Counted from the first letter of the stretch, positions 1-10,795 are shown. The stretch: DNA of 64,000 nt from Lama guanicoe (GCA_013239625.1 MU053482.1:1835168-1899167); one strand, 5' to 3'. The notes: a model not told the origin generated them from the sequence alone. Numbers and translations are program-made.

Positions 1-3000
1 ACATCTGAGAATAGAATCATGTGCCCTGGGCTGTCAATAGGGCCCAGGAGTGGGAAGCCCAGGCACATGGCCCTGGTCCAGCTGACGTTCCTCTTCAGCA
101 GAGACTTCTACCATCCAACCTTACCATGCCTTGGGGACAGAGCAGAGGGAATGGAAGGTGGCCATGGAATGCAGAAAGATGCTGAGGCTCTGGGCTCTAA
201 CTCCCTATGTAACTGTGGGCAACTCTCTTGGCTGCTTTGAGCCTCCTCTGTGCCTTTATAAATGGATGGCCTTGCAAAGTGTGAATCTGGAGCTTCTTCC
301 CACGATGCTACTCACCTTGGGGATCTGGACAGGTGAGTAGTGAGTACAGCCTGCTTCTTACACAGTGGTGATTGATGGCCATGGTGGATAAACTGGAAGA
401 GAGAGGGTGAGGGCCCAATGCCTGACAGTGAACAAGGCACTAAATTGGGCAGAGAGTATTTCAGGTCATTCTGTAGCTGAACAGAGAGCACTGTCACTTC
501 ACACATCCATGAGGCTTCCTGGTTTTCAAGTGCATATATGGACATTATCTCATTTAATCCTAATAATAATCCAGCCAGTTAGATGTGGTTGTTCTCACTG
601 TAGGGATGAAAGGGTATTGAGGTAAAGCAACCACAATGTTGTGTGGGCACAAAACACAGAACTACAGTGGACATATTGGACCTGCATAACTTAGCTTGAT
701 GGTAGAGAAGGCAGCCAGTCCAACAGTACCTGGCACACTGGGTACCCAGGCCCTTTTTCTACCTTTTTCCATAAGTCCTTTCAAACTTCTTAATACCCCA
801 ACTCGGGGATTCCTGGGAGATCCTCTGGTCCCTGGAGATGGACCCAAACAACAGCCTTGGCCCCTTGGCTACCTAGGGGCATCTCTGGCCTATGTAGGAT
901 GCAGCTCTGGAGGAGGCCTGCATTCGCTGAGACCACCAGCCTGGCTTGGGTCACTCCCCCATCGTCCTCCCAAGCTCTGTCTTCTGCTCAAAGAAGGCTC
1001 AGCCCATCCAGCCATGGCCACTTCCCAGTTTCAGCAGCCCAGCTGTGCTGAGGCCAAACCTCATGTCTCCTTCGACCACAGAGGGTCAGCCGCCAATGTT
1101 CACTGGCAATTATCCGTCGGCTCCAAGGGAGAGAGACCAAAATAGACCTCCTCTTGGTCCTTCCTCTCAAATGGGCCTGCTGAGCAGTTCCTTAAATGGA
1201 AGTGGGTGGGGCAGCCGCCCCATATGACTCTGGGACCTGGAGTTAGGTGGGAAACCAATTCTCAGGAGAGATGAGAAGCAGGCCCCAGTTCTAGGAAAAT
1301 GCACATTTCCATGTGCTAAAAGCATCATTGTGGGACATGTTTAGAGAGAGAGAGAGAGAAAGGCAGTTCCTGTGGCCACAGAGGCCAAGTGACTGGCCAC
1401 GCTAGTGCCGAGCCCCGGCACGCAAAGGGTGAAAGCTTTTAGGCATGCAGCGGCCAGTGATCTCAGCTTCCCCTAGTCCTAATGCTCCTGAAAGGCTCTC
1501 TCCCACTCCCTGTAATTGGGCATCAGTAGTTAATGCAGTATTGACTGCATTACACGCTCCCGTGCCTCCCCTTGCTAATGCCAATTGCATCACCTTGTAC
1601 AGTCACCGGCTTGCTTAGCCAATAGCTGTTAAAAGCAATCCAAATCATGAATCATATGGGAAACTTTTAGCAAGACACTGCCATCCAAGGAGACAATTTA
1701 CAGTTGAGTTAATCTGGGTACATTAGTGAGACACGGATTCCGGACGACAGACCAATTTATGTTGTTTCCCTGTCTCCTCTTAGTGCTCCTCATGGGCAGA
1801 TGAATGGAAGAGCAGGGAACAGACAGAAGCACCTGCTTCTTTACCCCCAGCTCGGGGAGCGGGCGGGGTAGACCCATCTTGCCAGGCTTCCTGCCTGGCT
1901 AAGTTTGGGCAGGAAGGGGACATGGCTGTATGTGCTGCTCAGGTTTTGTGGCGCCTTGTTCCCCCGTGTGTACCAGGCCTGGGTCCCCACCCTGTCAGCC
2001 TCACAAGGCCTTTACCAGCCCTCAGCAGGCAGCAGGGCCCACTGGGCTCCACCTTCCTGCCGATGGGCGGGAGTTTGCGGCACGGAACAGCATCAGGGCC
2101 CACTCTCCGCCTCCACTCTGGGGCTGGGGAAGTCCTGGCCACTCTGCTGGGAGAGGCCCCCAGGACCCTCTGTGGTCTAGAGCATGGTGGAAAGTTCTAG
2201 GAGGTCCTGCTGGTCAATACCCTAGCAGGGCCAAGAGCCTGCCCTCCTGGATCAACCAAGTCAGCTGTGGAGGCCGTGCTCACAGCGGTCATTAACAATT
2301 GAAGATGCACTGTCTGGTCCTCCTCAGCCCAGCTCCAATCTCTTTAAATGTTTTTACTTATTAAAAATGCCCTAGGAATTACATCTGGTGCTAAGTTCCA
2401 CAACCTGCCTGCTGCTTCCTGCAGTCACCCCATCTCTCCTGGTGGGCCTTTGCAGAGGCAGCCCACACCCAGACCTGTTCTTCTGCAGCAGGCACCTGGG
2501 GACACCCCTTGGGGCGTTCTCAGCATCCTCTCTGCCCAGTCCTTCACAACCCCAAGACTGTGGGGCCACTTGGACCTTCTGCTGCCTGTCGCTGCTCACA
2601 GCCTCTTCTCCAACAGCCTGAGGGCTAATTTGACTCTCAGGGCTCAGGGCTATAGTTCCCCTTGCTCCCCTGGGACTGAAAACCTCCCCGGAAAGCCCAC
2701 AGCCTGATGCCAGGCCAAACACAGGTGCCAGGGGAAGAGGGGCCATTTCTCAGGGAAAGTTGGAGCTGGGCTCCCATTGCTGACAGGCAGGCCCGATCGC
2801 ATGGAGAAAAGGCAGGACCCTGAGTTCCAGTAAAGTGGAGCTGGCTAGGCCAAGAGCAGGCATCCAAATGAAAGCAATTAATCTTAAAACCCGAAGTTTA
2901 ACCATTTGCAAAACAGATCTTTCCTGTCTGTGGTGGCCCTTCACTGCTCGACCTAATGGATTACTTTATTAATAATGCACTGTGCTTAAAAGCAAAAAAA

Positions 3001-5759
3001 AAAAAAAATTTTTTTTCTGAAGATTCAATACTTCAGAAAGTCTCTTAAACCCGTTGCTACGGCAAAGCGATTGATATTTTATTATCTTTCAGAAGTGCAA
3101 CATGAAAGCCCTGCAGCCCAGCAGAGCAGGAGCTTTGGTCCTCGGCAGCTGGCGGACCTGACTTCAACCAGAGGAGCCCCGGCCTCTTCCGACAAGATGC
3201 TGTCAGGTGGAGAAAAGGCGTTGGGGGTGGTTAATAGGAGCCTGAGTCCCTGCTGCAGCCAGACAAAGGGTGCAGTCCACAGCCCCGAGGAACACACTCC
3301 TTGGGGGCCCCGGGGACCAATGCTGCCACCCAGCCCAGACAGCCACCTGCTGGCAGGGCATAATTGCTAGGAAGAAATTATGCAGCAGGTCTGGAGGGGA
3401 GGGTGAGTGGATCCAGAGCCTTTCTCCCTCCTCCAACGGAAGGTGCCACCTCCAAGGTTTCCTGGAACCAGGAGATGTTAGACTCTAATGGGGAGTGGAG
3501 GGTGGATTTATGAGCAGAAAGGTTGCTTTTGGAAGACAGCTCTAGGCTTGGCAGGACAAGAATCAAATGGCTCCTCAGGGCCCCAGCCAGTGCCCTTAAT
3601 TGTGCTGTGATGAGACCCAGAGCTCAGCGACATCAACAGTGCTGGGCACCATACTATTTAGACTGGACAGGGTTGGGGACCGTAGGGCAGCACGAGCTCT
3701 CCTTCATAGGGCTGGTGAAGACTAGGGGAAACACATGCCCAGGGTGGTTCAGGTGTACTGCAGGCTGGAGGCAGGAGACTGGCTAGATTGACCTCCAGGG
3801 ATCCATTCCCATTCAGAGCTCATCTGAAAACCTTTAGCATCACAGAGCCCAAGGCACTCTGGGGTGCCTGCACAGAGCACTAGCTTCAAGACCTAAGGTG
3901 GTAGTGGTGGTGTCATCTTGTCAGCAGGTGACCATCCTCCCTGCTAGAGGCCACCCAGGTAGGGCCTGGGTCTTCTGGATTTCCAGCTTGGGCCTGGGGA
4001 GCCAAGCATGCCAAACAATCTCAGCCAAAGACATACCCTGATTTCCACATGCTCCTCATAGTGAGAGTACCCCTAGACACCAATGAAGGACCCTCTTCAT
4101 GGGCTTCTCATTTCACCAAGATGGGCATGACTGGTCCAAGATAACTCAGAGTTAGTGGAGAAAGGAGCTAAATCAAGGCCTCCTCCCTCCTTGTCTGGCC
4201 TGACCCCAGACCCCTTCTTCTCCTTCTCAATCTATGTACAACTGTACCAGCCCAGCTGTCTGATGGCCCATGTGGGGCTCTAGGGGAGGTGTCCATTAAG
4301 AGAGAAAAGCATGTGGGAGATGGCTGTCATATGCCAGCCAGACCCTGGCAAATGGATTCTTTTGGCCAGAAGCATTTCCTCTCTTACCACACACATGCCG
4401 AGAAATGGGCTTACTGGCCACAGAGCTCCCCAACATGCCACCCCCCAGGCCAGATACTTTAAATGGCCTTCCCTGCTGGAGGTCTCAGAAGGTGGTGGGG
4501 AGCCTGGGGGCATCAGCACACAATGGCAGCCAAGTGAACATCTTGTGTGACCTTAAGCAAGTCACTTAACTTCAGATTCTCACCAAGTGCCTGTGTCAGG
4601 AACATTACTGAACTGGAGGGCAGAGGGCACAGACCTCTACTACTAGTACTCACTAGGAGAGGTCAGGAGATGGCCTCTGCCATCACTCTAAGAGAATTCC
4701 CGCTGACTCGCAGAAAACCCACCTGCTCAGTTCGTTACCAGTAGAACACAGGTGGCAGCGCGGGTGCTAACAATTATTCTCACATCTCCCTGCAACACTA
4801 ACAAACCAGGGAACCCTCAGCTACAGGGCAGGAGGGCCTGAAAGGGTCAGGGAACCGCCACTCTCCTGACCCTGGGAGCTGCCCTTGGGTCACAGGACAC
4901 CCACTGGTTTTACCCACAAGGAGGCTGCGTTCTCCAGCCTCCCCTGCACACACCAAGACAATCACTGCAAGGCATTCCCAGTCAGGAAGGCTTTGGGGTG
5001 TGTGGGACTACCTGCTAGTGCCTTCCAGCCACCAAGGGCCCCTCTGCTCCGACCTCTTAGTGCAGTGAGGCTCCTGACCAGGGCAGGTCCACGCCGCTCC
5101 TGCACGCGTGCTACTGGCCAGTAGCGGGACACTTTCTTCCTCTGGGCCAAACTCCCGCCTCCAAGCTCAGGAGACAGGGAGACAGTGGGCAGCCCAGAAG
5201 GCATCTCTTTTTCTCACCGAGGTTTTGGGCAGCTGTCTCCCCGAGGGTCCGGCCGGCTTTCCCCTCGCCTACCAGGCATCCCCCGGCGGGCGAGCGCTGT
5301 CTTTTTGGAGTACAATTCTCCCCAAGCCACTGATTTGCTCGGCGCTCAGCGCCTCTCGGGTTACGCGGACGGCGCGAGGGTGATGGCTGCGGTAAGAGGA
5401 GCAGCCGCAAAGACGAAATGCTCTATGCGAACCGCCACTGCGCCGAGATCGGAGGGCAGCCAGAGCCTCCACGCGGCCCCGCAGAGCATCACAGGGCTGG
5501 AGCATAGCTCGCCCGCCCGCGGTTCGCTTTTCGGTTCGGCCCGGCCGGGGAACGCGCAGCTCGGGACTCACTCACCTCCCTACCCGAGTCCCACTCGGCC
5601 CTCCCCCGACCCCTGGCCCCAAGCCCCCTGAGGACCGCCCGCCCGGCAAGCCCAGCACAGCCTGGTGAGTGTGTGCCTGTGTCCCGGCGAGTGTGTTCCC
5701 TCGCGCCGCGGCGGGGGCCGCGGGGGTTCGGGGCGTTGGGACCCCCGCCCGCCACCTAC
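1..5759 (-). other. LMO1: LMO1 intron 1 (partial; continues beyond the left edge of the window)
   Basis: Follows the donor at 5759. No LIM-domain (CxxC...HxxC) coding exon is recognisable in 1-5759. Confidence 0.85.
540..635 (-). mobile_element. MIR SINE fragment
   Basis: CATTTAATCCT...AATAATCC...GATGAA...TGAGGT resembles the reverse-complement MIR core. Confidence 0.45.
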
Positions 5760-5784
5760 CGTCCTCCTTGTCCAGCACCATCAT
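5760..5784 (-). CDS. LMO1: LMO1 proximal first exon, coding part (MMVLDKED + first base of Gly); phase-1 intron follows
   Basis: Minus strand reads CCCGAG ATG ATG GTG CTG GAC AAG GAG GAC G|GTAGGT. The peptide matches the N-terminus of mammalian LMO1 as I recall it (MMVLDKEDGVPMLSV...). Canonical donor GT at 5759-5758; lies in a CpG island. Confidence 0.95.
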
Positions 5785-6280
5785 CTCGGGCGCTCCGTGT
5801 CCAGCCGCAGCTCGGCTCGGCCGGGAGAAGGGCGCCGACTCCGGGCGCGCTTCGGCGGGGCGGCCGGTCCTCGGGCAGCGAGCGGGCTCTAATTACCCGC
5901 TTGTCCGGCTCTTAACCTAGATTGCACTCAGCTAGAATTACATTCAGGAGTGAAGCACTTCGCAGATACAAAAGCAGTCTCACCTACTTTTGTGCCTCAG
6001 AATTGCAAGGAACTAAGAACTGCAATTTAGAGAGGGAGAGGGAGAGAGAAGGGGGAAGAGAGGATCAGAGCCGTTTCTTTGATTCTCACCTTCTAAATGG
6101 CTCAATTTGCCCAGTATAATCTGTCTTAATGTAATTGCATTTGATAGCTCATAACCCTGGCTCTGGCAACGACACAGCTTTCAGCCTCATAAAGTGTTTT
6201 CCCCTCGGATTTAATCTGAATCTCAATCTAAAATTATATTCAAAGAGATGGAGGAATCTCGGCGGCCGTCTCCCGCTGCC
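5785..6280 (-). other. LMO1: Probable 5' UTR of the LMO1 proximal first exon (TSS position approximate)
   Basis: Non-repetitive sequence contiguous with the ATG. An AT-rich core (5885-6245) is flanked by GC-rich promoter sequence. The TSS is inferred, not seen directly. Confidence 0.55.
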
Positions 6281-6397
6281 TTTCTCCCTCAATGTATGAG
6301 GTTTGCACTCCTGCTACTGAATAAATGCACACATTTCCCGAGGACCCCCTCCCTCCCGGGTTAATGGGGAGTGGAGACGCGCGGCTGCCCGGCTCCG

Positions 6398-6415
6398 CAG
6401 CGCCACCTGGAGGCC
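6398..6415 (-). promoter_or_regulatory. CTCF motif (reverse orientation)
   Basis: Minus strand GGCCTCCAGGTGGCGCTG closely matches the CTCF core CCASYAGRKGGCRS. Confidence 0.7.
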
Positions 6416-6769
6416 TCTCGGCCCCAACTCGGCTCATGGCTCGGCTCAGGACCCAGGGTCCTCATCCCCAATAACCGTCTGGTGGACCACCCCATCTGTC
6501 ACCCCCAGACCCTCAGCCTTGATTTCTGCCACTCCACTCCTACCGGGTGATCTTTCCCTGACCTCGTGTTCTCCCTTCCTACCTCCTTGCCAGCGGTTTC
6601 TGGTTGCTTCCTGGGTTTGGCAAAGTTAACCCTCCACAGGGCACAAATTCTCCTACTGTCTTACAGGACCACACTTCTTAGCCCAGCAGCCCTTCCCGAG
6701 AACATCCTAGTTCCATAGAGAGTGGGATCCTATCTCACTTCTTTCTGAGCAAGCATAGTATGGCCTTGA

Positions 6770-6865
6770 AGGCTTTTTCATTCCAGAACTGTTTATTGAG
6801 CATGTATTACGTACCAAGCACTATTCTAAGGCACTGGGGATACAGCAGTGAAAACAAAGATTCCT
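6770..6865 (-). mobile_element. L2 LINE 3' end fragment
   Basis: TTTATTGAGCATGTATTACGTACCAAGCACTATTCTAAGGCACTGGGGATACAGCAGTGAAAA is the typical reverse-complement L2 tail. Confidence 0.75.
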
Positions 6866-7199
6866 GCTACTACAGAATCAGAGACAATTCTTGCTCTGCA
6901 ACTCAGGAGGCAGGAAGGGAGACAGTGTTCATCTCCTCTTCTCCTCGACCCTGCTTCTTCCCCAGAGCCCAGGAGCTGGTGCCCAGGCTGCCTACTCCAG
7001 GAATAGGAGTCAATATTATGAATTTTTTTTTCTTGACAGTACAGAGTTCCAGGATGGGATGGAAATCTTAATGGCTTTTCTCTAGACCAAAGAAGGCTCC
7101 AGATAGAAGTGTCAGAGGCTCACCCCCACAGTCACTTTTGAGGACTAGACCCAGGCAAGGAGAAGGAAGCTGGAGTACCCAGGAGGGGCAAAGGGCAAG

Positions 7200-7380
7200 C
7201 AGTTGAGACTTCATCCCACCTTTGCCTATCACCAACAGTGGCCCTTAGCAAATCATTTTCTCTCCCGGGACCTCAGTTTCCCTGTTGGTGAATTGGGAGA
7301 GCTGCTTTGCTATCTCCAAGGTCACTGTGGGGATCAGATGAGTTAATGCATGTGAATGTACTTTGTAAACTGTGGCACCC
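7200..7380 (+). mobile_element. MIR SINE
   Basis: CTTAGCAAATCATTT...CCTCAGTTTCCC...AGATGAGTTAATGCATGTGAA MIR core. Confidence 0.65.
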
Positions 7381-9979
7381 CATACAATGGTGGGGGGCTG
7401 GCATTGGGTACAAAGGAGATCTGGAGGTCAGGCTGTGCCCTTAAGCTGTGGGAGGCCCCAAGCAGGGTTCTTGACAGGGGTAGGGGACGGGGGAGTGGTG
7501 CTGCAGTCCACCTTCCTCTAACCTAGGCTGCTTCTAATGATATACCTCATTCGCAGCTCAGAGGGGTTCGCTTTCCCCTTCATCTTGAATACTTAATCCT
7601 AATAGTCCTTGAATATATTTGATGTTAAATATATCATTTTGCACAGACTCACAATCCCTCAGGACTGCGAGCTTGATCTCTCCCCTGCCACTGTAGCCGA
7701 ACTGTACCCTCAGGTCTGAGGGAGGCTTTGGCACGGCTGCCGCAGGCACACTGAGTGCCAGCCCCTCACCCCAGCCCAGGTTGGAGGCCGGACAGTGGAG
7801 CAACCAACGGGCTTGACAGGCTGGCAGGGGGTAGCTTCTCGCTGTAGAAGCCTCCGTGCTACTTGCAGGCATTCACTCCACAGAGGTTGCAGCCTCACCC
7901 CAGATCTCCAGGGCTGCTTCTCCTCACTTTCAGGGTCTGGCCCTGACTCACAAACCAGGACTCGACTAGCTGAAGCCACTTTCCCGCTGTCTCATCCATG
8001 TGTCGTGCTTGCGACTCTGGACCAACACCAGCTCCCCCAGCCTCCAAGGTACCTAACTAGCAGCCACACAGCCAGCATCCCTCCAGGGAGTCAGGGGCCT
8101 TGTGTCCGAAGCCAGAGACTGGAGCAAGTCTGAGGTACTGAGCAATGAACTGCGGGAGCAGGGTGGCCACAGGCAGTTGGTGCTGTGTGTGGAGGGCTGG
8201 CAGCTAGCGCCCACAGGCGGCTCTCTCTGCATCCCTAGTTGTGAGAATCGAGCTCCTGCGCTCATTGGGAGAAGGACCTCCACAGAGGCCTTCGGGTTCA
8301 CAGAGCTGCCCGGCGAGCCTGGACAGTTTGGATGACGTGAGCTCCCAGCCCAGGAAGGAGCCTGCTGGGCTGACAAACCCAGGCATGAGTCTGGCTCATT
8401 AGGCGGCCTTTCTCTCAGCTCATGCGGAATTGCTGGGCAGGCAGGTAACTCCGTGCCGTGCTCACTCCCACCCAAGCTGCCTCCAGGTTCAGGGGTGTAC
8501 CCACAACACCAGGGTGGAATCCTCCAATCCCCTGGGGCTGTGGGAGGGCACCTGCACCAGACACATTCCACAGGTGATGAACATGTACTCTCACTGCCAA
8601 GAGTGCTCCAAAATGCCCTTGAGATATCTCTGGGGACAGCAGAGGGAGGAAGATGGATCAGCCCCCTAGGTTATGGTGAGGAGGAAGGGGGGTGTTTCTG
8701 GCTGCTTTACAAAGTTTTGGGCAGGTCCTAGCAGTTTGTCATTGCACCTGGCAGTGAAGTCCTGAGGAAGGATTCCTGCATTGGGGTGGAGGTGGGGGGA
8801 GGGTGGGGAGGAGGGAAGACTCCGTGCATTGCCAGAGGGCCCAGGCAGACCAGATATTCCAGAACTCTTCAGTGGAGCCTGTCAGATGTGCCTCAGCCTG
8901 AGGGCCCTGCTCCCAACACAGTACAGCTGTCTCCAAGACAGGGTTACAAGTTGGCCTCACAGGTGACACTCAAAGGGGTGTTTGGAGTGCCAGGGCCCTT
9001 TCCCTGTGGCTGCCAGTCGATGGGACAGAGTGAAACTACAGACTTTGCAGTATAATCAGGATGGCTGCTGGCCAAGTTCAGGTGCCCTCCCTGCCCTGCC
9101 CCCTGCTCACACAAAAGCAAACAGATTTGCAACCAGCTAGAGTGGAGAAGTACACAGTCGGCAAACTCTTCCTCCTTTGGTTTCTGGAAGCCCTGGACAG
9201 GCCTTCTAGGAAGCTGCAGTTATAACTTGTTAGGCTTTTCAGGGGCCTAGGCAGAATCTGCATTCCAGAAGACAAGTCTCCCCTACCCCCTTGATGAAAG
9301 GCCAACCCACCCCTGCACAACAGCCCGGAGAAGGCTGTGGGTGTAGGCTGATGATCAACTGTCCTGGTTTCCCCGGGACTGAAGGGTTTCCAGGATCCAG
9401 GACTTTCCATGATAAAACAGAAATGGTCCTGGGCAAACCAAGACAGGTGATCACCCTAGTGGGAGGTGGTAGGATGGGGAAAGGGACTAGTGGGGCCAGA
9501 GAGAAAGGCCAGCTAGCCAGACCCTGCCCTGCAGGCCAGCAGCTGCCTCCCAACCCCAAATTTCGCAGCCTTCTGCCTCAGGGCTACATCTCTCAGGCGC
9601 CAAGGAACTGCCCTAGCAACTGGAGATGGTCCATGGCCCAGCAGGGCTGAGAGTTCTCCTGAGAGACTGGCAGTTAGAATGGGAAGGGTGTCAGTTGGAC
9701 CCAGAGGGTGGTCCAGATTTTGTAAGAGCCGCGCTTCCTATGCAATCGGGTGTGGGGTGAGGGTGTCTTTAAAAGGAAAAGGAATTAGAGAGTACTAATA
9801 CAAAATTACAACTGAAGGACTCTGAAGTTTAAAATTCCCTAGCTTCAGGGTGAATCCGCGCCAGATACCTTGGATATACGGCCCATCCACCTACTCTAGC
9901 CAGCGGAGAACCTCCCAACACGCTGGGCTGGGGGAACTGACAGCCAGCGTCCTCCCCAGCCCTGCCAGGAGCCGGGAGA

Positions 9980-10790
9980 CTGGGGAGCTGCCGGCTCTGC
10001 GGGGGCCAGTCGCGGCGCGGGTCGGAGAGGAGCTTTGCGCCTGCGAGGCGGCAAGTGCCGGTGAGAAAGTTCCCGGCCGGAGCTTGCGGGGCTGGAGGGC
10101 TCGGGGTAGCCCGTATGACTTCCTCATCCAGCCAAGGAGCCTCGGGGCTGAGCCCCGCACCCCGACACGCACACACCAGCGCGCGCCTCCACCGCCGCGC
10201 TGCCGAAAACCGCCCCGCGGCCCGAGGCGGCCGGGGCCGGGCGCGGGGTGGGGGGGAGGCTGCGGCCGCAAGCGGAGTGGCCTCGGCCGGGCCCGCGCCG
10301 CCGCCCCGGCCCTGAGCCCCGCGCGTCTCCGGGTACCTACCGTCCTCCTGGTCCAACACCATGGTCCCACGGGCTCCAGCCCGGCCCGGGCCGACGACGC
10401 GAAAGGGCGGGCGGCTCGGACTCTGCCGCCGCCCGCCTGCGCTGCTGCCGCGGCCCCCGAGCGGGACCCGCGCCACCGATCCGGCAGCTGCTGCCCGGGC
10501 CGGGCCGGAGACACCTCCGCCGCGCGCCCTTCTCTCCGCGCCGGCCGCGCTCGCTCAGCCGAGTGAAGCCTGCGGTTCCCAGGGCCCCTCAGATTCCCCT
10601 GTTAATTGAATCAATTCATTATGCTCAGATCTGATTAGCGGCCCTTCCCCCCTTTGAATCAATTATTCAATACACAAACATAATTGCTTGGGCCAGAGGT
10701 GCCCGCCATTAGCTTATTTAACTCCAAGGACACTAATTACCCGCAGGGCACGGGAACTTTTCTCATTAATTCTGACAAAACACAAAAGCA
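9980..10790. promoter_or_regulatory. CpG island and upstream TAAT-rich block / LMO1 distal promoter
   Basis: Very CpG-rich 9980-10580 with GC boxes (GGGCGG). The adjacent 10600-10790 is packed with TAAT/ATTA homeodomain cores. Confidence 0.85.
10341..10362 (-). CDS. LMO1: LMO1 distal alternative first exon, coding part (MVLDQED + first base of Gly); phase-1 intron follows
   Basis: Minus strand reads GGGACC ATG GTG TTG GAC CAG GAG GAC G|GTAGGT, with strong Kozak context (A at -3, G at +4). Donor GT at 10340-10339. Matches the known alternative LMO1 N-terminus MVLDQEDG; lies in a CpG island. Confidence 0.93.
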
Positions 10791-10795
10791 CAGCC

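Larger units (their letters stand above)
5090..6450. promoter_or_regulatory. CpG island / LMO1 proximal promoter
   Basis: Dense CpG and high GC at 5090-5905 and 6260-6450, around the proximal first exon. Confidence 0.85.

Noticed and set aside
1..5000. Neuroblastoma-associated intronic GATA enhancer of LMO1
   Set aside because: In human it lies much deeper in intron 1, near the downstream exons, so it should be left of this window. No basis to assign it here.
5572..5784. 70-aa ORF MMVLDKEDGRWRAG... as a standalone protein
   Set aside because: Reads through the canonical donor at 5759 into the intron; only the first 25 nt match LMO1.
7323..7329. CACTGTG (cryptic RSS heptamer) between the promoters, in view of LMO1 T-ALL translocations
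   Set aside because: Lies within a MIR, has no convincing nonamer at 12 or 23 bp, and heptamers occur frequently by chance.
9829..10634. Overlapping 128-238 aa ORFs on both strands
   Set aside because: Typical stop-poor CpG-island artefacts rich in R, P, A and G. Only MVLDQEDG up to the GT donor is real coding sequence.
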